From contig CAVQSP010000011.1 of assembly GCA_963715985.1 (NCBI GenBank), positions 480,001-544,000 on the forward strand: a stretch of DNA of 64,000 bases. The letters run 5' to 3'. The first letter of the stretch is position 1. Each line of letters begins with the position of its first letter. This stretch comes from an uncultured Thermoleophilia bacterium (GTDB taxonomy: Bacteria; Actinomycetota; Thermoleophilia; UBA2241). This document shows positions 20,105 through 29,454 of the stretch, in pieces. A model generated the notes under the pieces. It was not told where the DNA came from and ran no database searches. It worked only from the letters and a program-made list of their open reading frames with translations. A program made the position numbers and the translations under genes.

Positions 20105-20656
20105 CTGTCCTCGCTCACCGCTCGCGAGATCGCCTACTCAGCCCTGTTCACGGCGCTCATCGCCGGCGGCTCCTTTGTGGCGATCCCTTTGGGCCCAGTG
20201 CCCTTCACGCTGCAGGTCATGTTCGTGCTCCTGGCCGGACTTGTCCTGGGGTCTCGGCTTGGGGCCCTGAGCGTGATCGCCTACCTTGCGCTGGGCCTCG
20301 TCGCGCCCGTCTACGCAGGTGGCACGTCCGGGGCAGGCGTACTCTTCGGCCCCACGGGCGGCTACCTGTGGGGGTTCGTCGCTGCAGCGGCGCTCGCGGG
20401 TCTCGCGGCCCGTGGGAGCGATGATCCTGATCTGGGGCGCTTCGTGCTCGCCGGGCTGGCGGGTCTGGTGCCCATCTACGTGCTGGGAGCGGCGTGGCTC
20501 GCGCTCCAGCTCCACCTGGACCCGGCCGCGGCCATAGCTGCCGGCGTGGCGCCGTTCGTGTGGGGGGACGTGTTCAAGGCGCTCGCAGCCGCGCTGGCGG
20601 CGCGGAGCATGGTCAACCTGCCGCTGGGTCTTCCTTCGCCTCAGAGAGACCGCTGA
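20105..20656 (+). CDS. bioY: biotin transporter BioY
   Basis: PVPFTLQV, GPTGGYLWGF, PFVWGDVFK. BioY-like sequence (REIAYSALFTALIA) extends upstream of GTG 20177; candidate start CTG 20105. Confidence 0.93.
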   Translation: MSSLTAREIAYSALFTALIAGGSFVAIPLGPVPFTLQVMFVLLAGLVLGSRLGALSVIAYLALGLVAPVYAGGTSGAGVLFGPTGGYLWGFVAAAALAGLAARGSDDPDLGRFVLAGLAGLVPIYVLGAAWLALQLHLDPAAAIAAGVAPFVWGDVFKALAAALAARSMVNLPLGLPSPQRDR

Positions 20657-22047
20657 CGTCGGCCAGAGCGTGGCCGCGCAGCCGCAGGTTGATGCGCCCT
20701 CGCTCGTACTCGACCATGAAGTCCGTGGAGCTGCCGTCGCGGTAGGCGAGGTCCTTGTCGCGCAGCACGCGGGCGAGCGCCTCCACGTGGTCCTTCTCGA
20801 GCGTGCGCCCCGACATCATGCGCAACTCCTTGAGCGCCTCGAAAGAACTCCTCGCCGAGTGGTAGGGCCGGTCCGACGTCATGGCGTGATACGAGTCGGC
20901 CACGGCGAGGATCTTGCTCAACTCCGGAATGGAATCGCCCGAGATCCCGCTCGGGTAGCCGCTGCCGTCGAGTCGCTCGTGGTGATAGCGGACGATGTCG
21001 GCCACATCCTGATAGGCGACGAGGTGTGAGAGGACCTCGGCGCCCTTCTCGGGATGCTCGCGGATGCACGCCCAGTCCTGATCATCCAGCACGGTGGTCT
21101 TGCGCAGCACGGCGTCGGGCACTCCCACCTTGCCGAGATCGTGCAGCAGACCCGCCAGATGCAGGGCCTCCGATTCCTCCTCGGGCAGCTGCAGGGCGCC
21201 GGCGATGTCGCGACAGTACATGGCCACCGCCGCAGAGTGCTGCGCGGTGTACTCGTCCTTGCTGTCGAGCAGCACCACCATGGCCGCTGCCAGCCCGATG
21301 TTCATCTCGAGGTACTGGTCGCTGAGCTCCTTCTGCTTGGTCAGGTGCTGCTTCTCGCGGACCAGCAGCTTGAACATGTACTGGCTTGCGAAGAGAGGAA
21401 TGAAGAGGAGCGTGACCGCCACGATGCCCGCCTCCGCGTACAGCGCCGCGATGGCCAGCCCGAGCAGCAGGAGGACTCCGAGAGAGCGCAGGAATGGCGG
21501 CATTTCTTCGCGCCAGAAAGAGCCTAGATGCCGCCTGCGTATTTGACTCGCATCCCGAAGCTCACGAGCAAGAGATTGGCAGCCTCAAACGCGACTGCCG
21601 CCGCAGCGCCCGCGCACAGGAGGCCTACTGAGAGCTCGAAGGTGGAGACATCAAGCGCCGCGGTTACGCGGCCTCGAAGACCATCGTCGCGAGAAACACA
21701 GATAAGACCGTGTTTGCGGCATTGAAGGCGACAACGGCGCGCGAATCCTCCCGCCAGGCGCCCCAAAGGCCCATGATCAGGGCTATGGCGAGGGCCGGCA
21801 GCCGACCCGTGTACATGATGGCCAGCAGCAATGGGAGGTTCCCGGCCGCAAGCGTGACGCGATCCGAGACCTCCACCGACATCTCGTCGGCGATCACTGC
21901 CAGCACAGCGAAGACCACAGCATCGCGGAGTACCGTAGTGGACAGCGGAATGGGACCCGGCCAGTTAACGCAGAAGAGCGCGGCTAGCCCGGCACCGGCG
22001 GCCAGGCCCGCGGCGAACACGCGGAAGTTGCGCTCAGCTATGGACAC
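20613..22047 (-). CDS. membrane-bound HD-GYP c-di-GMP phosphodiesterase with multi-TM sensor domain (indels near 21670 and 21540)
   Basis: HDLGK, HHERLDGSGYP, AVADSYHAMTSDRPY; hydrophobic N-terminus spread over ORFs 21664..22047, 21524..21766 and 20613..21503. Confidence 0.88.
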
Positions 22048-22108
22048 GACACCTCACCCGGGTGTGCAGTGCCGAGTGTATCGGCACGACCCGGGAAGAG
22101 CTTGAGCG

Positions 22109-22189
22109 CTAATGGATCTTGCTGCTGCCGCCAGAAGCGACGAGCGCCAGGAGCAGCGAGGCAAGCGTGCGTTCGATCTTCTTGCTCAT
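22109..22189 (-). CDS. 26-aa hydrophobic peptide MSKKIERTLASLLLALVASGGSSKIH
   Basis: ATG at 22189 with GGAG RBS 6 nt upstream, TAG at 22109; 61 nt upstream of and co-oriented with the HD-GYP gene. Confidence 0.7.
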   Translation of the reverse strand: MSKKIERTLASLLLALVASGGSSKIH

Positions 22190-22283
22190 GATGGACTCCG
22201 TCCTTGCCTGGCGCGTCAGTGAAGCTTGGCGTAGGTCGAGTGAGATGGAGTTTGGCGTAGGAAGCGAGCATAAGAATCCCTCC

Positions 22284-22310
22284 TAAAGGTCCGGCAACAA
22301 CTGCCGATAA
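22284..22310 (+). promoter_or_regulatory. consensus sigma28 promoter
   Basis: TAAA-N15-GCCGATAA exact match. Confidence 0.7.
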
Positions 22311-22513
22311 CAAATGGTTGACGACTCCGTGGCCGCACTCTGGCAGGCTCGTCGCTCCCCGCGCATGCATCCGCGTATGGACATTCCTGGCAAATCGGCG
22401 GTTGACGATTGCCAGAATGGACAACACTTTGTAGGCTCGCGGCGCGCCGTCGCGGCGAAGCTACACCGCACGCGCTCGGGCGCGCCGCCGACGCGCGGGT
22501 CCACGCCCGCGTG

Positions 22514-23788
22514 ATGCGGCGGCCAGTGTCACGCCGAGCGACGACGAAGGGGGTCGTAATAGAGGCACACGGCATCACCGCAGCCGAGGCGCCGTCGGTC
22601 TCACTGGCCCGCAACGGCAACTTCCTGTTGCTGTGGACGGGCCAGTTCATCTCCCAGCTGGGCGACCGCCTGGCCATGGTCGCCCTGCCGTGGCTGGTCT
22701 ACACGAGCACCGGGTCCGCGCTGAGCACGGGGCTCGTCTTCGCTCTCTACACGCTCCCGTACGTGCTCTTCGGCGCCTTCGCCGGCGTGCTCATCGACCG
22801 CTTCGACAAGCGCCTTGTGATGATCGCCTCGGACGTCGCTCGCACGGGGCTGGTGATACTCGTGCCGCTGGCCGCCACGTGGTCTCTCCCCGCGGTGTAC
22901 GTGCTCAGCTTCCTCATCGCCAGCGCCGCGGTCTTCTTCGACCCGTGCAAGCTCGCCATCCTCCCCGACCTGGTGAGCCGCGACCGCCTGCTGCGCGCCA
23001 ACTCCCTGCTGGCCACGGGGGAGAACCTCACGGAGATCGTGGGCTACACCCTCGCCGGCTTCACGCTCGCCACCATCTCCACCACCAGCGCGTTCCGCAT
23101 CGACGCCGCGACGTTCGCCGTGTCCGCGGTGTCTCTGGCCCTCATCCGCTACCGCGCGCCGGCGCGCGAGGCGGCGCAGAAGATGGCGGGCTCGTTCCGG
23201 CGCGAGCTCCGCGAGGGACTCGACTTCCTCGTGCACCACCGCGGGCTTCGCACGAACACGATCATGGTCATCGGCTGCGTAGCGGGTCTTGGCGCCGCGT
23301 ACCCACTCACGTTCCTCTTCGCGGTGAACGTGCTGGACGCCGGCACAGGAGCCTTCGGCGTCTTCGAAGCCGTCATCGGTCTCGGGTACCTGATCGGCTC
23401 GCTGGCCCTGGCGACGCTGGCCACCCGTATCCCCAAAGGCCGCGCGATGACGATCGGGCTGGTCGTCATGGGCGCGAGCCTGGCCCTGGTGGCCGCGGCG
23501 GGCGGCGTGGTCGTGGCCTGCATCCCCTTCGCCGTCCTCGGCCTGGCCAACGCCGCGGCGCTCATCGCCATCGACACGTACCTGCAGGACGTCGTGCCCG
23601 AGCAGCTGCGTGGCCGCGTGTTCGGCACGCGCTTCACGCTGACCCAGGGCGTGTACGCACTGTCGGTCCTGCTCGGAGGCGCACTCGCGACCGTGGTGGA
23701 CGTGCGCATCCTCTTCATCGTCTGCGGCCTCCTGATCGCCCTGCCCGCGCTCGCGGGCCTGTTCGTGCGCGACATCCGGGAAGCCTGA
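22514..23788 (+). CDS. MFS transporter (DHA3/macrolide-efflux-like); start uncertain
   Basis: LWTGQFISQLGD, GVLIDRFDKR, PEQLRGRVFG; about 12 TM. Confidence 0.9.
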   Translation: MRRPVSRRATTKGVVIEAHGITAAEAPSVSLARNGNFLLLWTGQFISQLGDRLAMVALPWLVYTSTGSALSTGLVFALYTLPYVLFGAFAGVLIDRFDKRLVMIASDVARTGLVILVPLAATWSLPAVYVLSFLIASAAVFFDPCKLAILPDLVSRDRLLRANSLLATGENLTEIVGYTLAGFTLATISTTSAFRIDAATFAVSAVSLALIRYRAPAREAAQKMAGSFRRELREGLDFLVHHRGLRTNTIMVIGCVAGLGAAYPLTFLFAVNVLDAGTGAFGVFEAVIGLGYLIGSLALATLATRIPKGRAMTIGLVVMGASLALVAAAGGVVVACIPFAVLGLANAAALIAIDTYLQDVVPEQLRGRVFGTRFTLTQGVYALSVLLGGALATVVDVRILFIVCGLLIALPALAGLFVRDIREA

Positions 23789-23903
23789 CCGCCTGCCGGG
23801 TCGGACGGCAGGAGCGGCTGCGCGCGACGGGCGGCGGGTGATAGCCTAGCCTCCGGATTCGCGCCATTCCTGATGGGGCAGGGGCGCCGTTCAGGGCACG
23901 AAG

Positions 23904-25238
23904 GTGACCATGAGCTCACCGCAGCATCCACAGACACGATCGCTTCCGGGCACGCCGCGTACGGCGTGGCTGCAGCTCGGCGTGGTGTGCGCAGCCGAGT
24001 TCGTCGTGTGGACCGGCTTCGGCGCCATCATGCCGTACCTGCCCATCTTCCTGCGCGAACAGGCGCACAGCTCGATGTTCATGATCGGCGTGATCGCGGC
24101 CGCCTTCTACCTCGGCACGCTGCTGTTCTCGTCACCGTTCGGGTGGCTCAGCGACACCATCGGGCGCAAGCCGGTCATGCTCGGTGGCGTTGTGCTGTAC
24201 GCCGTGGCCATGTTCCTGTTCACACGCACGGCGGACCCCTGGTGGTTCGTGCTCTTCCGCTTCATGGAGGGGGTCGGCACTGCCGCGGTGGCGCCGGCCG
24301 CCATGGCCTTCGTCGCCGACATCAGCACCGAGCAGACCCGCAGCAAGGCCTACGGCATCCTGACCTCGGCGCAGTTCGGCGGGCTCATCGTCGGGCCGGC
24401 TCTGGCGCCGCCGATCTACCACCTCTTCGGCGGCGGCCGCTCCGGCTTCTACGCGATCTTCTACTTCGGCGCCATCCTCACCGCCGTGACGGCGGTGCTG
24501 GTGCTGGCGCTCGTCCGCGAGCCGGCGACCACCCACAAGCGGCAGGCGGCGCGGCGCGGCAGGAAGGCGGAGAGGCCGCCGTACCGCGCCATCCTGAGCC
24601 CGGCCATCATCGCCTTCCTCGTGGTCGGCTTCACCACGCACTTCGCCATGGGCGGCTTCGAGGTGGTGTGGAGCATCTGGCTCAAGGAGCTGGGTGCGTC
24701 CATGACGTACATCGCCCTGACCTGGATCGCCTTCAGCGTGCCCATGCTGCTCGCGTTCGTCGGCGGCATCGTGGCCGACAGGTACAGCCGCTTCACGCTC
24801 ATGTTCGCCGGCTACACCGTCTCGGCAGTGGCCTGGATCCTGTACGGGACGACGACGAACCTGGTGGTCTTCCTCGTCGTCAACGTGATCGAAGGGCTGG
24901 CGATAGCGTTCTCGTATCCGCCCAAGCAGGCGTTCCTCATCCAGGTGAGCCCGCCCAAGTGGCTGGGCACGGTGACCGGGCTGGAGGCCACGTCGATGCA
25001 GCTTGCCGGGATGATCGGCACGTTTCTGGCGCCGGTCCTGTACGGGTGGATCTCCGGCTACGTGCTCGCCGTGGGCGGCGTGATCAACCTGGTGGGCCTG
25101 GGCATCGCCGCACCCATCCTGCACCGCGAGTGGCGTCGGATCTCGTCGACGGGCCCCGTGCCCAGCACGAGAGCGCTTGAGTCGCGCGAGGGCGCGCTCC
25201 CCGTGGTGAGCGCCGAACCACCCAGTGGCAGAGAGTGA
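23904..25238 (+). CDS. MFS transporter (DHA1/TetA-like)
   Basis: GWLSDTIGRKPV motif A, FRFMEGVG, GLIVGPAL. Confidence 0.9.
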   Translation: MTMSSPQHPQTRSLPGTPRTAWLQLGVVCAAEFVVWTGFGAIMPYLPIFLREQAHSSMFMIGVIAAAFYLGTLLFSSPFGWLSDTIGRKPVMLGGVVLYAVAMFLFTRTADPWWFVLFRFMEGVGTAAVAPAAMAFVADISTEQTRSKAYGILTSAQFGGLIVGPALAPPIYHLFGGGRSGFYAIFYFGAILTAVTAVLVLALVREPATTHKRQAARRGRKAERPPYRAILSPAIIAFLVVGFTTHFAMGGFEVVWSIWLKELGASMTYIALTWIAFSVPMLLAFVGGIVADRYSRFTLMFAGYTVSAVAWILYGTTTNLVVFLVVNVIEGLAIAFSYPPKQAFLIQVSPPKWLGTVTGLEATSMQLAGMIGTFLAPVLYGWISGYVLAVGGVINLVGLGIAAPILHREWRRISSTGPVPSTRALESREGALPVVSAEPPSGRE

Positions 25239-25286
25239 GATCCGAGGCGGGCGGGTCGCCTGCCGGCGCCCCGGAGCCGGAACTGG

Positions 25287-26369
25287 TCAGTAGCGCCGGA
25301 CTTCCCGGTACAGCGTGTCGCGCTGCACCGGCGTGCGCCCGGCGGCGCGGATGAGCCGCACCATCTCGGGCACGTCACACTGGTTGCGCACCCCGGCCGC
25401 CGCCACCACGTTCTCCTCGATCATCGTGGAGCCCATGTCGTTGGCGCCGAAGGCGAGCGCGACCTGGCCCATGCGCAGACCCTGCGTGACCCAGGAGGCC
25501 TGGATGCTGGGCACGTTGTCGAGGTAGATGCGGCTCACGGCGAGCATGCGCAGGTAGTCGAAGCCGGTGGCGGAGACGTGGCCGGCCTGCAGCTCCGTGT
25601 TGCCGGCCTGGAAGGTCCACGGGATGAACGCTGTGAACCCGCCCGTCTCGTCCTGCAGATCGCGGATGCGACGCAGGTGCTCGACGCGGTCGGCGAGCGT
25701 GTCGGTCGAGCCGAACATCATCGTGGCCGTGGTCTTCATGCCCAGGCGATGCGCCACGCGCATGACGTCGAGCCACGTGTCGGTGGGGATCTTGTGCGGG
25801 CTGATCTCGAGGCGCACGCGGTCGACGAGCACCTCGGCGCCGCCGCCCGGCAGCGAGTCGAGTCCGGCGGCGCGCAGGCGCGTGAGCGTCTCCTCCACCC
25901 CGATCACGCTCACCTTCGCGATGTGCACGATCTCCGGCGGCGAGAGCGAGTGGATGTGGATCGGGTACTTCGCCTTGATGCCGCTGAAGACGCGCTCGAA
26001 CCAGCCGATGTCGAGGTCCGGGTGCAGACCGCCCTGCATCATGATGGCCGTGCCGCCGAGGGCGAGGGTCTCCTCCACCTTGCGGTGGATCTCCTCCTCG
26101 GCGAGCAGGTAGCCCTCCCCGCTCCCCGGCTTCTTGTAGAAGGCGCAGAAGCGGCAGCCGGAGATGCAGTAGTCGGTGTAGTTGATGTTGCGGTCGACGA
26201 TGAAGGTGACGTCGTCGCCGGGGTGGAGGCGGCGACGGACGGCGTCGGCGCGCGCGCCGACGCCCAGAAGGTCGCCGCCCTCAAGCAACGCGAGCGCCTC
26301 AGCGTCGTCGATGCGGCGCGCGGCGTCGCTCTCCGGGCCGGCCGGACCCGCCGGGGGCCGGCCACTCAC
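25287..26369 (-). CDS. mqnC: cyclic dehypoxanthinyl futalosine synthase
   Basis: DRNINYTDYCISGCRFCAF, LPGGGAEVL, TAFIPWTFQ, FGANDMGSTMIEENVV; GTG 26369 overlaps upstream stop. Confidence 0.92.
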   Translation of the reverse strand: MSGRPPAGPAGPESDAARRIDDAEALALLEGGDLLGVGARADAVRRRLHPGDDVTFIVDRNINYTDYCISGCRFCAFYKKPGSGEGYLLAEEEIHRKVEETLALGGTAIMMQGGLHPDLDIGWFERVFSGIKAKYPIHIHSLSPPEIVHIAKVSVIGVEETLTRLRAAGLDSLPGGGAEVLVDRVRLEISPHKIPTDTWLDVMRVAHRLGMKTTATMMFGSTDTLADRVEHLRRIRDLQDETGGFTAFIPWTFQAGNTELQAGHVSATGFDYLRMLAVSRIYLDNVPSIQASWVTQGLRMGQVALAFGANDMGSTMIEENVVAAAGVRNQCDVPEMVRLIRAAGRTPVQRDTLYREVRRY

Positions 26370-26863
26370 CGCGCGTCTCCTGCGTCCAGACGCCAGACCA
26401 TCTCGATGTAGTCCACGCCGCGACTGCCGGTATCGCGGAACAGAGGGGTGCCGTCGACCACGTCGTCTCCGGGCAGCAGTTCGAACCCGACCGTCTTGTG
26501 GAAGGCGATGGAATCGACGTTCCACGTGCCCACCTCGGCGAACACCTCGGTGCGGCCGCGGGCGCGCGTCATCGCGGCGAAGCGCCGGTACAGCTCGCGC
26601 CCGAGGCCGTGCCCGCGCAGGTCCGGGCGCACGCCCATGTAGTGCACGTATCCGCACGCCGGCCTGCGCTGGGACATGAAGCCCACGAGAAAGGCGATCA
26701 TCTCGCCGCCGTCCTCGACGATCAGACACGTGTCGCCCATGTGCTGGAAGAGCTGCGGACAGACGCCGTGGACCATGTGCGCGTGCGACCACCAGCCCTC
26801 GATGGCGGCGACCACCACCGGCGCGTCCTCCGGCTCGGCGGTGCGCCAGACGACGTCACTCAT
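26366..26863 (-). CDS. GNAT acetyltransferase
   Basis: GYVHYMGVRPDLRGHGLGRELY...NVDSIAFHKTVGF; paralog of adjacent gene. Confidence 0.88.
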   Translation of the reverse strand: MSDVVWRTAEPEDAPVVVAAIEGWWSHAHMVHGVCPQLFQHMGDTCLIVEDGGEMIAFLVGFMSQRRPACGYVHYMGVRPDLRGHGLGRELYRRFAAMTRARGRTEVFAEVGTWNVDSIAFHKTVGFELLPGDDVVDGTPLFRDTGSRGVDYIEMVWRLDAGDAR

Positions 26864-27374
26864 CGCCACTGCCCCCCTCCCCGTCGAGGGCCAGCTCGAA
26901 GTGCACAAGGTAGTCACCATAGGGCCCGGGCTCCCGCGATACCGGGACGCCGTCGACCTGGGCGTCGCCCGGCAGAACGTTGAAGCCGAGGCCTGTGTGA
27001 AAGGCGATCGAGAGAGTGTTGACCGGCGCCGTGACCGCGCGCACCGCCGTGCACCCCTGCGAGCGGGCGCGAGCGCAGAAGCGGCGGTAGAGGTCGCGCC
27101 CGAGCCCGGCCCTGCGCCAGGCCGGGTGCACCCCGCAGAAGTGCACGTAGGCCTCACCGGGGTGGTCGGGACAGGCGAAGCCCACAAGAAACCCGATCAG
27201 CTCGTCCTCGAACTCGGCGACCAGCGAGGTCGAGCGGAAGTGCTCGAAGAACACCCGAGGGAGCATGGCCCTCAGGTCGCGGCCCGCCCACCACTCGACC
27301 ATGACCGCCATGACGCGCTCGTGGTCGGCGGGGATGGGGCGGCGAAACGTGAGTGTGGTGCACGACACAGGCAC
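26856..27374 (-). CDS. GNAT acetyltransferase
   Basis: WWAGRDL...AYVHFCGVHPAWRRAGLGRDLY...NTLSIAFHTGLGF. Confidence 0.88.
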   Translation of the reverse strand: MPVSCTTLTFRRPIPADHERVMAVMVEWWAGRDLRAMLPRVFFEHFRSTSLVAEFEDELIGFLVGFACPDHPGEAYVHFCGVHPAWRRAGLGRDLYRRFCARARSQGCTAVRAVTAPVNTLSIAFHTGLGFNVLPGDAQVDGVPVSREPGPYGDYLVHFELALDGEGGSGDE

Positions 27375-27379
27375 GACTC

Positions 27380-28324
27380 TCAGTCTGACGTCGAGGCTGA
27401 GACTACGGAGTCTGACGGCCTCGAGAAGGTGGCGCCGGTGAGGTCCGGGGCGACGACGAGCTCCCCGGCCGCCACGGCGCGCCGGTAGAACTCCTCGAGC
27501 CCGGCGCGGTACTCAGGAGTGAACTCGAACTTGAGCTTGTCGAAGTAGTCGAGCAGATAGCGCTGGCTGAAGTCGTAGCGCTGCGCCGCGGCGGCGGCCG
27601 TCTCGTGCGGATGCGCGGCGCACTCGTCGCGGGAGGCCAGCAGGGCGGCGCCGACAGCGGCGGCGGCGGCGGGCCGGGCCGCCGTGAACTCGCGGCGCAC
27701 CGCGCAGACCGCGAACACCATGGGCAGTCCGGTGACCGTGTGCCACTCCTCACCGAGGTCGTAGTGGTATGGGTACACCTCGGCGCGCAGCACGTGGAGT
27801 GCCTCGTCGCCGATGAGCAGGAGGCCGTCGAAGTCGGCGAGCACCTCTGCGAGGGAGCCGCGACGGGGCGCGAAGTAGGGGTCCAGTCCCCACTCCCGGC
27901 AGAGGACCTTGAGGAGCGCGATGGAGGTAGCGCTCTTCTCAGTGAGGGCGATGCGCCGCACCTGCGGCAGCGGGACGCGTGTGAACAGCTGGACCGAGTC
28001 CACAGCCCCGAAGGCGCTGATGGAGACGTGAGGAAGAAGCGCCAGCTCACTCGCGTTGCGTGCGAAGGCGATCGAGGACGGGAGGGCGACGTCGATGAGG
28101 CCGTCCACCAGCATCTCGTTGAGCTGCGCCGGATAGCCTTCCACGATGGTCGCAGCCACGCCGCGGCCGGCCAGCTCCGCCGCGAAGTGGTGGTAGAGGG
28201 GGAAGCAGTTGACGAACTCGATGCGCCCGACCCGCACCGGGTTGTCCCCGGCGGCGGGGTGCGGCCGCGGGCCGGCGGCGGCACCGGCCATCGGCGACCC
28301 CTCAGGCGCCGGCGAGGTCGCCAT
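27380..28324 (-). CDS. mqnA: chorismate dehydratase
   Basis: RVGRIEFVNCFPL, GAVDSV, SATSIALL, LLIGDEAL, YDLGEEW...LPMVFAV. Confidence 0.92.
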   Translation of the reverse strand: MATSPAPEGSPMAGAAAGPRPHPAAGDNPVRVGRIEFVNCFPLYHHFAAELAGRGVAATIVEGYPAQLNEMLVDGLIDVALPSSIAFARNASELALLPHVSISAFGAVDSVQLFTRVPLPQVRRIALTEKSATSIALLKVLCREWGLDPYFAPRRGSLAEVLADFDGLLLIGDEALHVLRAEVYPYHYDLGEEWHTVTGLPMVFAVCAVRREFTAARPAAAAAVGAALLASRDECAAHPHETAAAAAQRYDFSQRYLLDYFDKLKFEFTPEYRAGLEEFYRRAVAAGELVVAPDLTGATFSRPSDSVVSASTSD

Positions 28325-29435
28325 CGTACCGGCGCACGACGTTGTAGAGCGTGTCCCGCTCCACGGGGACGCGGCCGGCGGCGCGGATGACGCGGATGAG
28401 CTCAGCTTTGCTGAGCTCCTGGCCCGTGTCGACGCCGGCCGCGTGGCTGATCTTCTCCTCCACCACGGTGCCGTCGAGGTCGTTGACCCCGAAGACCAGC
28501 GAGACCTGGGCCAGCTTGACGCCGACGTTGATCCAGAAGGCCTTGATGTGGCGGAAGTTGTCCAGCACCAGGCGGCCGACGGCGAGCATACGCAGGTCGT
28601 CGAAGCCGGTGGGGCCGGGCAGGTCGTCCAGACCGGTGTTGGCCGGCTGGAACGAAAGCGGGATGAAGGCGTTGAAGCCGCCGGTGTCGTCCTGGAGCTC
28701 GCGCAGACGCACCATGTGATCCGCGAGCTCGTCCGGCCGTTCCACGTGCCCGTAGAGCATGGTGGCGTTGGACTTGAGACCGGCCTCGTGCGCGGCGCGC
28801 ATCACGTCCAGCCACTCCTGCCCGGAGATCTTGCGCTCACAGATGAGGTCGCGCACGCGGCCGCTGAACACCTCGGCGCCGCCGCCCGGCAGCGATCCCA
28901 GCCCGGCCGCTTTGAGCTCGGCCAGCACGTCGGGCACCGGCTTGCCGCTGATCTTCGCGAAGTGGGCGATCTCGCTGGCCGTGAAGGCCTGGATGTGGAC
29001 GTCCGGCGCGAGCTCCCTGAGGGCCCGCATCATGTCCAGGTAGTAGGTGAACGGGAGGTCGGGGTGCTCGCCGCCCACGATGTGGATCTCGCTGATACTG
29101 CCCTCGGCGAGGGTCTCACGCGCCTTGTCGACGACCTCGTCGACCGTGAGCGTGAAGGCGTCGGCGTCGCCCTCGTCGTGGCTGAAGGCGCAGAACAGAC
29201 AGCGGTTGCGGCACACGTTGGTGTGGTTGATGTGGCGGTTGCGGATGAAGAACACGTCGTCGCCCACGGCGCGTGCACGGGCGAAGTCGGCCATCGCGCC
29301 GAGCGCGAGGATGTCGTCGCTCTCCAGCAGGGCGCGCGCCTGGGCGGCGTTCAGCCGCTCGCCCGCCTCGACGGCGCTCCAGACGTCACCGAAGCCGGCG
29401 CGCGCGCTCAGGGACGCGATCTCATAGGGTTCCAC
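28302..29435 (-). CDS. mqnE: aminofutalosine synthase
   Basis: NHTNVCRNRCLFCAF, SNATMLYGHVE, HIKAFW, DLDGTVVEEKISH. Confidence 0.93.
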   Translation of the reverse strand: MEPYEIASLSARAGFGDVWSAVEAGERLNAAQARALLESDDILALGAMADFARARAVGDDVFFIRNRHINHTNVCRNRCLFCAFSHDEGDADAFTLTVDEVVDKARETLAEGSISEIHIVGGEHPDLPFTYYLDMMRALRELAPDVHIQAFTASEIAHFAKISGKPVPDVLAELKAAGLGSLPGGGAEVFSGRVRDLICERKISGQEWLDVMRAAHEAGLKSNATMLYGHVERPDELADHMVRLRELQDDTGGFNAFIPLSFQPANTGLDDLPGPTGFDDLRMLAVGRLVLDNFRHIKAFWINVGVKLAQVSLVFGVNDLDGTVVEEKISHAAGVDTGQELSKAELIRVIRAAGRVPVERDTLYNVVRRYDGDLAGA

Positions 29436-29454
29436 GGGGCAGACTCCAGACGTA

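Noticed and set aside
22382-22419. Possible c-di-GMP-I riboswitch near the HD-GYP gene (GGCAAA...TTGCC)
   Set aside because: It lacks the GNRA-capped P2, the GCAAA receptor and the P3 layout; only a simple hairpin is supported.
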